Assembly (NCBI GenBank): GCA_951406725.2
Contig: OX597828.1
Coordinates: 1,860,001-1,924,000, forward strand
Origin: Octopus vulgaris
Taxonomy: Eukaryota
Reading direction: 5' to 3'
Length of the DNA stretch: 64,000 bases
The notes under the pieces are model-generated. The model did not search any database, was not told where the DNA came from, and saw nothing but the letters and a program-made list of their open reading frames with translations. Made by a program: the position numbers and the translations under genes. Of this stretch, positions 41,044-55,292 are shown in pieces (the first letter of the stretch is position 1; each line of letters starts with the position of its first letter).

Positions 41044-41599
41044 GATGCATTTAATATTAAATGTATCGCATTATTCTATCACAAAAGTTTCATACATATT
41101 CTGTGAGCTGGGTATTAACTAAATATTCATATTTGTCGATGCTTGCTAAAATTAAAGAAATTTAATTATAAACATCAGGTTTTCTGATATTTTGGAAATT
41201 TTCGTTAAAAGCTACAATATTTGAAAATCGAAAACGCAATTCCTCAATTAATCAACTGATGAAGTCCGTTTTAAATCTAAAATATAAGAATTTCATTACC
41301 TATATTTTCATGCCTTGGGAATATTTTATTTGTCCTCACTTCATGATATGGAGATTCATGCTTATAAGGAAATAATCAATTAAATTTAGAAGTTTGTCAT
41401 AATGCAAAAAAAAAAAAAAAGAAAAGAAAAAAAGCATAAAACTTACACATTGTGCAAACCCACTTTTGTTTAATTTCCCTCAATGCAATTGGAATTTTAA
41501 AATATTTTCAGGCATAAATAAGGAACCTTTAAAAATAAGCTAGAAAGGTGCTCAGAAGTTTACAGAGTCTCAAGTCAGTAATGTAAAGTAAATGAGGGG

Positions 41600-42300
41600 A
41601 AGTTTCTTCTAGATAGGTTACTGGTCATTCGCAAGTAAATTTCCAGAAAACTTAAAAACAGGGAAATGGGAAAGAGACTTAACTACACTTAACAAAATAA
41701 ATGTCGGAAATCACTAAATAAAAGTGTATTGTGTCGGGAAAAATCAGCAGTTTAGGTTTATATTATTTCTAACGTTTCCAAAAGTATTCTTCAGAATGAC
41801 ATGCAGAATTCCAACGCGACGATAAAAAACACCAGTAATTATTCTATGGCATATGTCAAGTTAACAGACAGCGTAACCTCACTGAAATAACTATGGCCAA
41901 TTGTGGAGTGCTTCAGGAGTAATGTCGGGAGCAACATCAAGATCTGTTCATTGAATTTGTGTTGCTATCGAAGTATTTTACTTTATAAACAGGGAACATC
42001 TGTAGGATGGTCTCGGAGAGTCTACATTGTTTCCCGATTTCGTGAATCTCTTCTGAGTTTTTTCAAGTTGTTGCTGTAGTGTTGAAAACTGAGTTCTTTA
42101 GTGTAAAATCGGTGATTGAAACAAGACTGTTTTATTGATTTAACGTTGTTAGAAGACTGGAAATAGAAGTAGAAGTCACAAATGATTTCTAACTGAACGG
42201 AAAACTTACTAAATTAGAAGATTGCAGGCTACCATCAAGGTCAAATACGGTCATATAATTGAACTATAGTATGCTGATGATTGTGATCTTGTAGCTCACG
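41600..42300 (+). mobile_element. Very old RTE-clade LINE RT remnant
   Basis: NGKL..RRLQATIKVK..IEL*YADDCDLVAH near 42195-42300. Confidence 0.65.
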
Positions 42301-44840
42301 TTCCATGCATACCATGTGGCTGATAATCTTTGAAAGAGATTAAACGATCTTGTATATAAATAACAGCCCTAATCTCACTAAAAAGGAGAACACTGAGACG
42401 GTACACATGTTACTGAATGCAAGTATCTTTTTGAAGACCAATGGTATTGAAGCTTCATATTGACAACATGTTTATTAAATCCTTATTTCACTATGTTTAT
42501 TAAATCCGCTTATTTCACTATATTAGCAAAGACTTTACTATATTTTGTGAAAGACGCATATAGTTAATTTCCAATAATTATTTTTTTAAGTTGGCAAGCT
42601 TTTTGGTTCTTTTTCACTCAATTCTAAGACTATGCTTTCTCAAGGAGGTTTAATAAACTGAAATATGGATTGAGTTGTCATTGAAGTTGCCGACAAGCAA
42701 ACTTTGTGCCCACTGCTTAGATCTATATGTATTATTAATTTTGAAGTATATCAGTAAAGGTTTATCGGAATTATATTGCTTTGAACTTGAGTGGTGACTG
42801 AGTGTAATTGCCTTTTTCTCCCTACAGCTGTGATTTTAAAATATTTGGCTTTTGCTTTAAATATGTCAGCATCGGCTTATATATACATATTTGATCTTGG
42901 GGGACAGTAAAATGGATTACGAAAGGCTATATCTAAACCCCCTACAAAAAACAAACTTGAATTAAATTTAATTCAGTTTGAGTATCTTTAAAAAAAAATG
43001 AATCCTTTTCTTAAACTAATGACGAAGTGAGAGACAATATTAAATCTAAGAGGTAATGTTTAGATAACCTCGAATTCTGAATATATTTCGCTAATGTCCT
43101 TTACTGATTGAGAGCTTAAGTTTTGGATTGGCCAAGTGGTATTTCTAAATCCTGATATAACAGAATTACTATTTTATTGATTTGTGCGATAATTGGAATT
43201 CAAAGATTTTATGTGAACATGCAGTATAAAGTTTGGGTAATTGAAAATTTAACTAATAAAGAAACATATATGATTAAATTCAAGTTAATGAAACAAATTT
43301 CATTTGATTTGTTCCATATTTTTCATAAATATATTTAACTTTATATACTTTATAGAGTGATCATACAGTGACAATTTATATTTTCAATAAACAATCTTTC
43401 GTTTTACTTTCACCTTCCTTCCCAGTGGACCGAATTTGATTGCTAGAGTGGGTTATTAAATAGAATTTATGTTACTAAAACCTTTATAGAGGTAATTAAT
43501 TTCGCCTGCATATTTCAGGCTTGTCACCTCATTATGAATTGCGGATCTCTGCTATGAGTACAGAATAGTTTCGTCAAAACACAACCGTGACACACTGCAT
43601 TTGAAATATGTTGTGATGTCCATTTCTTCCATCTGCTAAAACTTTGTATTTAATGAAATAAATATTCAGTGGGAGCTTTCACAGTCTTTATGTTCCAGTT
43701 AAAAAATGTTTTATATTTGGTTGTGTTGTTGTAATCTTTTAGTGTGTCAGTTCTGAAAAATAGATTCTCGCCTGAGATATTTCTTTTCAAATCGTAATTC
43801 TTGGGATGTAAATAGGATATATAATAATGAAGATATCATTAACCGCAAAAACAAGGAAATGAACAGAAACACTACTTGATTAAGACTTTTGTATAAAAAT
43901 TCCATAAAGGTTTTTTTTTTTTAGCCTGCTAATAATCCCCACCCAGGAAAAGTTAAAATTCTGATTTTAAAATTGTTCAGAACAGCAGCTGGACGTTTAT
44001 TGATGGGGTGCCTCAGTAGTGGAGCTAGAGTTAAATTTATTTTCAAATTTTTCTCATAAGTAAATAACTACATTCACCTTATTGAATATCCACTTGACCA
44101 GAAATGTACTTCTGAAAGAATTAGTAACTGCTCTATGTCAAAGCGAAAATAGTTTGTACATCGTTCAAGTTACGTTAAACAGGGCTTGAGAACATTGCAT
44201 CTTTGGATATTAGAAGATGCAAGTTTCCAATATCTCATAACTGCCACGCAGAACTTGTCACTGATGTTTACATAAAGGATTTAAAACGATTAAAAAATAT
44301 TTGAACCGTTTACCAAAAGAAATTATTGAAAATAGTAAATGACAGTAGTTTTCCATTCCAAGCAACATCTTTTCGAAAATCAATACTTCACCAATCACAG
44401 AGCCTTGAGTGTACGAAAGCCATAATCTAGTTAACCGATATTTTTTTTTTCAAATTCAAAAGTTTCTCAAAACTTAAATACATCGTTTTAAATTCACCCG
44501 TTTAGATCGACTGATCTGATCCATTATTGAGAAATTGCTTTTTCTTTCGCTTTACACTTCACTTTTCTTTTCTCGTTTTATGTTTTTAGTGTTGTTCTGA
44601 TTCACAAAATATATATGCAACATTTTATCAATTGCTCCAACCACAGCGATGATTCAAGACATAAAAATATCGTGATTTTTTATACTGAAATATTCTAGTT
44701 CCAAATATGTACATATGTATATGAATGCAGATAAATGTATGTATGCGTGCATGCGTGCGTGCATATACGTATGTATGTGTGTAGATGCATGTGTATGTAT
44801 GTATATATATATATATAGTATATATATATATATATATATA

Positions 44841-45855
<1,015 letters not shown>

Positions 45856-46054
45856 GTTATATATATATATATATATATATACGAACTCATACACGCACAT
45901 CCAATTATATGAGTATATAAGTGCAACTAGATACACGCACATAAACACGCGTATTGACGAATACATAAATATATGGATAGGAACTCATACATACAGGCAC
46001 ACACGCGCATGTATACATAAATATACGCACATACCATAGATAAATATGTGCACA

Positions 46055-46478
46055 CTAGCAGCTAAGCCCGGTTTCACTCGGTCGGTTTGGATGATATGGC
46101 TGTAAAAACAGCCCTGGGTAAGCATTCGACTTGTTTGGGTAGGCTTACGTTAAAAAACAATTTTAGAATTACTTTTTTTGTCAAAACGCTAAAAAAACCA
46201 ACCCAGGTTCAGCCAAATCAAAAACAAGCCCAAATACTAAGCGAACAGAGATGAACCATCACACGCATACTCACACACACACACGCACACACACATTCAC
46301 ATGCCCCCCTTTACATACACACATATATTCACACAGGGTTGAAGCGCTGTTTGATTTATTTTTGCAGCGCACAATTTTCATCATCCCTCTACCAAGTATG
46401 ACATCACCCGTTTCTTCCTTATTCATATACCACCTGTTCCTTTCTCATTCATAAACACAAGAGTATTATTATAGTAGA
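46055..46478 (-). mobile_element. Non-autonomous Helitron
   Basis: Minus: A|TCTACTATAATAATA..ccgagtgaaaccggg hairpin..CTAG|T; no TSD. Confidence 0.75.
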
Positions 46479-47024
46479 TTATCTCGGTAACCAAGAGAGA
46501 TATGAAAAATAAAAGCCCAGTGACACCACCGGATCATTCTACACATCTGTGTAACTTTTCGCGCAATTCCACCCTGCCGTTTGACCATGAATCCCATGAC
46601 AAGAAAGAATCGCCTATACAAAATTTATATGTATAGATATTCGTACGTAAAGCGAGATACAGACGTCTGTGCAAAGTTTGACACACGCACACGTGTTAAT
46701 ACATTCGCGTATACAAATAAGTAAATATATACACGCACATACATAGATATACATATACACATAGAGATACATATATGTATGAGTATACACACATACAAAT
46801 ACGCCCGTGTACACGTATACACAGATTCACATTAATATATACATACACCTAAAAAAAACCAAAAAAAACCCCGCAAATGTGCGCCGATAGGGATGTAGAC
46901 ACATGTATATCTCTACACTATATACATATACACGCACGCACACACATGCATACACACACACGTGCACATATATGCACATACACACAAACATATATATATG
47001 TATATACGTATAAATGTATATGTA

Positions 47025-47062
<38 letters not shown>

Positions 47063-47069
47063 CATACAT

Positions 47070-47150
<81 letters not shown>

Positions 47151-47305
47151 CATGTATGGATCTAGATGGAAAGATCATATGTCAAATAAAGGGTATTCAA
47201 ATATGGTTCCTCAAGTTCTTGTGTATTAAAAGTTGTGGACGCTATGTATATATCAAGCTATGTATGGTCTGGATTGTAGTGAGACTTAAGTTTTTTTTCC
47301 TTTAT

Positions 47306-47347
47306 GTACCCGATGAGATCCAGAACAGGTCGAAACATGTGTCGCAC
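47306..47347 (+). ncRNA. Type I hammerhead motif (CCGATGA variant, GUC site)
   Basis: gtac-CCGATGA-GATC-cagaaca-GGTC-GAAAC-atgt-GTC-gcac, in a ~340-bp ORF-less unit between (TA)n tracts. Confidence 0.65.
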
Positions 47348-48907
47348 CAAATGAAATTTTTTTCCATCTATTTTATTAATACTGTTACCTCAATCGCCAC
47401 TATGAAGTTCCTGCAATCTACGGATAATAACAGGTAATCGAATTTGTGCTGGTCCTTTACTCATCATCCACTTATACATTTTGTATTATTACTCCATTAT
47501 ATAAATATATATATATATTCGAAGCTACTAGTACTGGTATATAAGGTACATGTTTATTAATTGCTGACTACGTATAAGCTTATTTTCTAGATGCGTTTAA
47601 ATTGATTAATTATGTGTTTATAGCACAGAAATATTGGTTTGAGTTCTTCAGCTTTAATAATTGTTTCATAAATATCAACCTAAATCATATTTTTGCAGAT
47701 ATATGTAATTGAATATATTTAGAATTTAATGTGTATTGATTGCAGCACGCTCAATATTATTGACCTTATACATAATTATAAAACTCTCCTCTAAGAATTA
47801 CATAATATAAAAATTTGAAGCTGCTTCATTATGGAGCCAATGAAATAAAATTGTTACAACAAAGTTTTCATGTACCATACAATAAAGTTAGATATTTGTT
47901 TACCAGTGATGTACACCATGGTTATTAAAGTCATAATTTTGATTTTTTACATGTGCACAAGATGTGATTTTATAAGAATAACGAGATGTTTTATATTTTC
48001 CGTGGGTATTAGCAATTTTGTGGAGTATATTTTTTGAAAACGAATGACTGGCACAACTCGCTGGAAACTTAGCCTTTTTAGCATTGCGCTTGTGTAATGC
48101 CATAAAATATGATTGGAATTTTATGAGAGTTGGCAAAAGATAGAAAATGTAATATAGATGTTGAAATTTAGTTTATATATTGGAATACTGCGGTTTCATC
48201 TTGGTTTTTTTTTTTTTTATAATAAAAATAAATGGATAATCATTAAGAAAATAGCCTTATTTTGATTACACTACAAATAATGATATATTTTTATAAGTAA
48301 AACAACAACAATTATATGTTTTAATTGTAACCAGTTCAGGCCAGTTCAGCTGAGAGACAAGTCAATACATGAAATTCAAATATCCTTTGTTAGCAAGAGT
48401 TTGTTGGAAAGCTGAACGTGTTCACACTTGTGAAATGAAAATAGACTAGCGTTTGTGTAAATCGTTGTGCCAAGTAGATGCGGTACTGGACTGCTGAGTA
48501 AAGAGTTTAGAACAGCTAGAAGAGTGGCATTACGTTTTGGGGGAAAATACTTGCATTAGTTCAAATAGCTATTAGGATTAGACGTAAATAAAGATGTCAC
48601 ACACTGACAGGTGGTTAAATTCAATGCCTGAGTTATTTTTTTAGGTCTGCTTAACATTTAGAAAATAAAGTTGGTATTTCAGAACCTCTGTAGCTGTTTG
48701 TTATATTTATAATTGTTTCTTGTATTTCTTAGAAATGCTATTAACAACGGCGAAGATTAAAATAGACCTCCTTCATTTTACCTAAATTGAAGCATCAAGC
48801 GAAAGAATGACACGAATCTATTTATATAATTATAAAAAAATCTAGTTAAACGCTAACATTCAATAAAAGAAAACCAGGGACGGTCATATATTCTAATTAA
48901 CCACACA

Positions 48908-48956
<49 letters not shown>

Positions 48957-49043
48957 TATATGTACGTGTGTGTGTATATGTATGTATGTATGTATATATA
49001 TATTTGGACTTTACTTCAGCTTTATTATTATCGTAATTTATTC

Positions 49044-49086
49044 GTCAAATCTATTTCGTCACACATTCTGTGACCTCTTGGGTAAC
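49044..49086 (-). ncRNA. Decayed hammerhead related to the GTCACA/TGTGAC family
   Basis: Minus: gtta-CCCAAGA-g-GTCACA-gaatg-TGTGAC-GAAAT-ag-ATT-tgac. Confidence 0.45.
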
Positions 49087-49689
49087 TCTCTATCCTACCC
49101 GTCTCCTCTTTTTCTGCTTATTCCTACCTGCACATGCGTTTGCGCTTGTATCTCTGTGTGTGTGCGTTTGTCCATGTGTTTAGTGTGTGTGTTTTGTGCT
49201 TGTGTAAATGGGTTTGCTTACTAAACTGTAACCCTGTCTTTTATTTATTCATTTATTTTCTTTCTCTTACTGTCTTTAGTGTGTATGTGTGTTTCGAGTG
49301 TACGTGTATGGGTTTATGTATAATGCTGCTAGTATTTCTCCCCTTTTCGTTTGCTTCTCATTCTGTCTTCAGTCATCAGGCTGCGTAGTGTCGTGGAATG
49401 GGTGGTCTCATTGTTCCATTCATGTTTTCTGCTAAGGCTCAGTCTATCTTTTATTACGTGCGTGCGTGTGTGGCTTCCGTAATCTGAGTGTCGTATCTGT
49501 TCTACATGTCGATAACATCTTAACATCTTAACATCTATGTTATTAATCGATCTTCCATGTTCTAATTGAGGATCTTGGTAGAACACTGACGGGCTTTTCT
49601 CTTCGATGCTGATAATCTTTGAAAGAGATTACACGATCTTGTATATAAAAGTTGGCAAGCGTTTTGGTTCTTTTTCACTCAATTCTAAG

Positions 49690-50185
49690 TGTTGTAGGTG
49701 TATGAAGCGGTCCTGTCAGGTCGTGGTCATCCGGAGGCGCTCTTTGCGAGCACGGTTTGCAGTGCTGTTGTTGTTTTATCACTGTTGCAGGCGATAGATG
49801 GTGAATATGGACATCGTAAGCTATCGCAACATCCAGGGCATGCAACCCTGCTTGCAATCGGCCGATAGCTTGTTCTCTCTGCACTGCTGTCAATCGGCTC
49901 ATACTTGATGCGTCCAAATTACGAATTCTAGGCACCCGGTTGAAGTTGATTTTTATACCCATAACCTCCACGACCTGCACGTGCATTTCGGTTTTCATGA
50001 CAACTGTTTGCGACTGTCACCTACGGCCATTTCAAGGGAAGTTGAAAGGTTACCTGCAAGTTGGGTTTCAGTCACAAACCAGCATGTCTGGGAATATTTA
50101 CACTTACATCCGGGAAATATATTTTCAGAATTTACCATTATAAAAATGACATTTGAAAAGATCGCGTTTCTTTTGCGGTTCAGTG
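49690..50185 (-). mobile_element. Tc1-like transposon 5' fragment
   Basis: TA-CACTGAACCGCAAAAGAAACG terminus; MSRLTAVQREQAIGRLQAG..DVAIAYDVH paired-like HTH from ATG at 49902. Confidence 0.8.
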
Positions 50186-50378
50186 TAGTAGTAACATTGT
50201 ATCGCCATATTGATGTGGCGATTAACTTTACTTGTTCGTATAGTTACCATAATCAACTCTTATTGAAATTTTACAACTTGCTACTTTGCTTGTTGCAAAT
50301 CAGTGACAGATGAACGCTTTGTTTACCATATATTACTTGCTGGAGAGGACTCTGGCCACCTTCCTGTCGACCAGATGT

Positions 50379-50427
50379 TCGCGACTGAGGATGAGCAATC
50401 TACCTCGAAATCTAATCGGTCTCGCGA
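50379..50427 (+). ncRNA. Type I hammerhead motif in a ~130-nt GC-rich unit
   Basis: tcgcga-CTGAGGA-t-GAG-caatctac-CTC-GAAAT-cta-ATC-ggtc-tcgcga. Confidence 0.65.
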
Positions 50428-50499
50428 TCCTTCCATCTGCTGGAGGATGGTAGGGGTTCGATCTCCTGCTGGAAATACACAAACGCGCGCACACACACA

Positions 50500-50646
50500 C
50501 ACGAGAGTCTTCCGCGCAGTGTCCGTCAATCAGTCTACCAAATTCCCTCACAAGGCATTGGTAAGCTCGGAGCTATAATAGAAGAGACCTGCCAAAGTGC
50601 TGCACAGTGGGACTGAACCTGAAACTACATAGGTGAAAAGCGAGCT
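50500..50646 (-). mobile_element. 5' half of the CORE-type SINE
   Basis: Reverse complement of the 26290-26440-like head. Confidence 0.7.
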
Positions 50647-52293
50647 TAATGAGGCTTATTCTTTATTCTTGTGGTTCTATGGAAGAAAACGCAATAGACA
50701 TAAACTTTCTTCATAATCAAGAGTGATTTCTTCACGAGTACATTTCCACATTTTTCATTGAACTATGTTAATGAGAGTTTATGTTTTCTTTCTTAATTAA
50801 TACAATTAATTACGAGTCTTTATCGAACACTATTCACTAATCGATGTTGTGAAGTAATTCTGAATGAGGGCAAAAACGTCACTGTTTAGATTTATTTTAG
50901 ATTACTCTCAATAAAAGACAGTATATATTTACAAATTTCTGTTATATGCTACATTAGAGAGAGGATAAGTGGCGAGACATTAAGTCTGGTAATATCCCTC
51001 TTAGAACACTAGAATGGTAAAAATACTTGTTTGAGAATGAATTTTGGCAAATAGCGAGTTAATGAATAATATGTATGTCGAGCAGACAATTCGGCAGATT
51101 GATTTATTGCTATATTATGATTCAGAAGCATGGAACCAGGCTAAGACAAGTTTTTCATTCGTGAAATAGGTATTTTGTTGTGCTACATAATGTATGCATT
51201 GTTGACGGAAAGAATTCGCTTTCAAAGTATTGATGTGCATATTGAAAGAAATATCAGCAGGGTGTTTGACCACAAATAGCCATATGTTTTCATCTGTTTA
51301 ATTAAAACTATTGTAATATGTTTTTAATTTGCTTTCAACTTTCTTATCTAACATAAATATAAACACATTTTATTAGTTGATCTTACGAAACAAAAATATC
51401 ACAGACTAGCTCATGTGACTAATTTCACCTTATTTTCGGTAACTAAATGTTCTATAGTCAGCTAGCATCTCTTAACAATTTTAGATTAGGTTAATTAGAT
51501 TTCTTCCCCAGAAATGCAGCAGACTACGATCCACTGGTTTTTGTCGTTATATATGTTTATGACTATTAAACTCCGAATCTTGTTGGAAATAAAATACATC
51601 GGATAATTCTTTTATTCTTTTGTTCGTTTCAGCCATGCTGGAATACCACTGTGGGATAAACATATGTTACTATTTTTTTTACCAAGTATACAATAACAGG
51701 GATTAACAAACTAAACTACGTTTTGGATTACGCTGTTGCAAAGTTATTTTGATCGATCACATTGCAGAATACGTTCATAAAGTGAATCCTATCTGAATTT
51801 CTTTTCTTCAAGTCATATTTTAGAGATGCTTGAATTCATGAAAATATATACTTATTTATATTAACGCTAAACAAAACATTAGCTAAAAGTTGTATGGCAG
51901 CAAGTCATGCAGACGTCTATGCGAATATCACAATGTGTAACAACAGATAGAAAAAAATCTAATTGAAATTCTGTTAGTGAGCGTATAACAATGAAGTTTT
52001 TCAATTCTTAACTTTACTATCAAGATTCAATAGATTTTTAGGATAATGATCAATCGATAAAGTAAGAAACCATTCCAGCAGAACAATTATTTTGTTGTCG
52101 ATTGCAGCATTTCTTTCTAAAGGAATTTCTAGTAAACTAACAGTAATATATCACGAAAGGAGGAAGACAAATTCAATGTAAAACTTGTTCATTGTAAAAA
52201 TAAAAAGCAACACTTCTTCACCCAGCCACAAACTATTGATTCTTTTTTTTAGCGTTAATGATTATTCAAATAAAATATAACTAGTGAAATAAA

Positions 52294-52393
52294 TTCTTCT
52301 TCTTCTTCTTCTTCTTCTTCTTCTTCTTCTTCTTCTTCTTCTTCTTCTTCTTCTTCTTCTTCTTCTTCTTCTTCTTCTTCTTCTTCTTCTTCT
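52294..52393 (+). repeat. (TTC)n microsatellite
   Basis: Direct reading. Confidence 0.98.
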
Positions 52394-52399
52394 TCTTCT

Positions 52400-53050
52400 T
52401 CTTCTTCTTCTTCTGCATATTTGTTAGGTGGTATGATTTCTTGTTTGTATTTGTCAGCTTCAAGGGGTCTGCATGTAAGTGCAGTAAGCATTATCTTGAG
52501 TAATTTGAGACATTGCGGCACTCCAGGGTCATTTGGACTGACCTTATGCATCTTCCTAACCCCTTCGTTTAATAGAGATGATGTCAGAGTCCTGCTGATG
52601 TGGAAGTTACCAGTAATAGTTCGCGCCTTCGGCTATTGTTACTGCTATTTATACCTACAAATGGAAAATTTGTTAGATATAGTGTATTCATGATATCAAA
52701 GTTGCGGATCTCAACAAGTTTTCAAACTAGTATCCCCTATATTGCTAATAGCACAACAAAAGTGTTATGGAATATGGTTTTATTGAATGTTGGCAGCTCT
52801 AACGTCCATAACTTCCTAAATAATCTGAAGGAATCCTGTAACAACGTATTCATTATTCTCAATAATTCCGAGATATTTGTAGTACACGTTTTTTGAGGTA
52901 GGTGAGATAGCCTGTATTGACATTTCTCGCTTGGTCAACAATCTTTCCTCGACTGACTACCAAATGTGAGCATTTATTCCGAATAACTTCATTTTTATCA
53001 GAATATTGTGACTAGTTTTAACTGTCTCTTCTTACTGTCGCTATCATTGA
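52400..53050 (-). mobile_element. Decayed R4/Dong-type RT C-terminal region
   Basis: Minus: NKCSHLVVSRGKIV..YYKYLGIIEN..RKLWTLELPTFNKTIFHNTF..EIRNFDI..ITGNFHI. Confidence 0.65.
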
Positions 53051-53249
53051 CGAAAAATGTCTGGGTGGCAATTTTTCTCTCTTCTGCACACTTAACATGC
53101 AACTATGGAATTTTCTTAACAAGGCTGACTAGAGGTTTTACACTGAAAACGAACACCATTTCCTTCGAGATAATGCCCTAGAATATTCTTGTCGATAACT
53201 TAATTTTTTTTGTGATCGAGCAGCCAAAATACTTAGCGGTAGTTGTGTA

Positions 53250-53440
53250 ATATTTGTACTTATATGTATGTGCGGCGGCACTCCCCTGGAGTTCATTGAG
53301 CCAGCTCCAACCAGCGAGTTCACCACGCCCCTCACGAAGACTGACCACATCTGACTGTCGGCCTTGACGTTCCAACAGGTAAAGTAACGTTTCTGTCTGC
53401 GGCTCAAATATCCAGCTTCCAAGTTGGCAAATACTCCACT
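53250..53440 (-). mobile_element. RTE-type LINE 3' end
   Basis: ADSQMWSVFVRGVVNSLVGAGS resembles the RTE C-terminal AxDRxxW motif; short aagtacaaata-like tail. Confidence 0.5.
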
Positions 53441-53449
53441 AGAAAAGCA

Positions 53450-53529
53450 AGCGCGTCGAACAGTGCATGCGCTACAGCCGTAGTCATTATTCGTTGTTCA
53501 GGTGTAGAGTTCGGAGAGTGTTGTTGAGG

Positions 53530-53586
<57 letters not shown>

Positions 53587-54087
53587 TGTGTGTGTGTGTG
53601 CGCACGCGTGTTTGGTTCTGTTTTTTTGTTGCGTTCCATTAGGTCCTATGTCTTAGTGTTGCGACAATTGCTAAACAATGAAACGAGTACGCGGCTGGAA
53701 TACGTACTGGGGTAGAAATGATCGACTAAACGCTATTACCCTCTCTGTTTTTCTAAGCTTATATGAAGCTATCGTTGTGTAATCTGTGTAAAATCTGAGT
53801 TTAGAAATGATATAGAATATTATTTGCCAAGAATTTACTGTGATGTGGTATAAAAATATTACTCCATCAGTTGTGGTATAAATATTGTTCAGTCAGATAA
53901 CAGCGGCGTTGCACCCCAAATAGTAAAAGCAATACAGTAGTTAGTTCACATCACGTTGTAGTGAACTTTAATTCGCTCTGTTCTCGTTAGAATAAGTGAT
54001 GGTTTAATCGACTAAACCACTAACCTGCAAATAAATGGAATTATGTTATGAGAAATCGATATATGTTCGTCAGATAAAAAAGTAAGT
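53450..54087 (+). promoter_or_regulatory. Candidate promoter and non-coding first exon
   Basis: CpG-rich patch with tgcatgcgc (NRF1-like), then (GA)n/(GT)n leader; donor-like A|GTAAGT at 54082; acceptor-like ttttcttttctcttgcag at 54543. Confidence 0.3.
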
Positions 54088-55013
54088 ATTCATTGATGTA
54101 TCTTAAAAGCAGTAAATGAATTTAAAAAGAAATTAATGTAATAGAGGATTAAGTCGTGACAAGTAATCTGTTTTGTTTCTAGTTTTGAGGAAATGATTCC
54201 GCGAGAAGAAAGGAAACTAATAAATAATATCTATACCAGCTTTTTATATGGTTTAAGTATTCAAAGTTTCACAAAATTGTATTGAACTATCAGTTTAGCA
54301 GATTTTAATTATCTATTAATATTTTATAGTCGAATGTCAGATATAGTATTACACAGATGAATGATACTGTGTATTAATAGTAAATGTACGAAGGTTCATA
54401 AGCTAATGTTCAATAGATAAACAAGTCATATCTACGTAGAAAACCAAAAATAGCTTCTATTTACAAATTAGATGGATGTAAATCATTTATATTGTTATAA
54501 GAAAAAAGAAAATTTTCAAACAATTTTTTCTTTTCTCTTGCAGCTAAATAACGATATACGAGAAGGTCATTGCGATGAATTCCTCGTAAACACAACGGTG
54601 TGGCACATATCTGTCTACGACTAAATTTACTAGTTTTACTCTTTCGGTGTTCTGCGTGCACCATATGATTTATTATCTGTACACATCAGTACACATCAGC
54701 ATATAATTTGTTTGCTGGTTCCTGTAAGCTCTTGTCAGGTACTTTGGTTCGGTGAAGAGGCCTTGACTGAGGAGATACACAACAGCATGTGTCTCAGAGT
54801 CTTCTCACGTAGGTGAATAGCATGTGTTATGGACATACATCGTGTAAAGTGAGGAGGTATTTCCAGATGATGAAAATCAACAGTGAACAGATATTCATGT
54901 TCAAAACTGCCAGACCGTATTAAGAATGAATAGAGAAGTTATTGTTTAGATTCCCGTTGTTCTGCGTGCAATGGATTATAATTATTATCTTTATGTATGT
55001 GCTGTTACGTCTT

Positions 55014-55292
55014 ATGGGCAGTATAATTAATGGGTAGTAGACTCAGTGGATAGGAGGATTAATGGGTAATCCATTTATTGAACAGTAGACTAAATGGGCA
55101 GTTGATTTAATGAGCAATAGATTTAATGAATTTACAAATGATATAGAATATTATTTGCCAATAATTCTCTGTGATGTGGTATAAAAACAATGCTCCATCA
55201 GATGTGGTATAAATATTGTTCTGTCAGGGTTCACTATTCGTGGTATAGTTGATTTAATGAGTAGTTGACTTTATGGGTAGCAGACTTAATGT
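55014..55292 (+). repeat. Degenerate ~15-bp minisatellite (aatgggcagtagact-like) interrupted by a 97-bp copied segment
   Basis: Repeated atggg(c/t)agt(a/t)ga(c/t)tta units either side of 55131-55227. Confidence 0.7.

Noticed and set aside
42272-42285. CTGATGA match
   Set aside because: It is part of the YADD codons of the RTE RT; likewise matches at 16735 and 36612 lie in transposase sequence.
43400-43520. Acceptor/donor-bounded candidate exon
   Set aside because: All three frames contain stops and the following intron would be under 30 nt.
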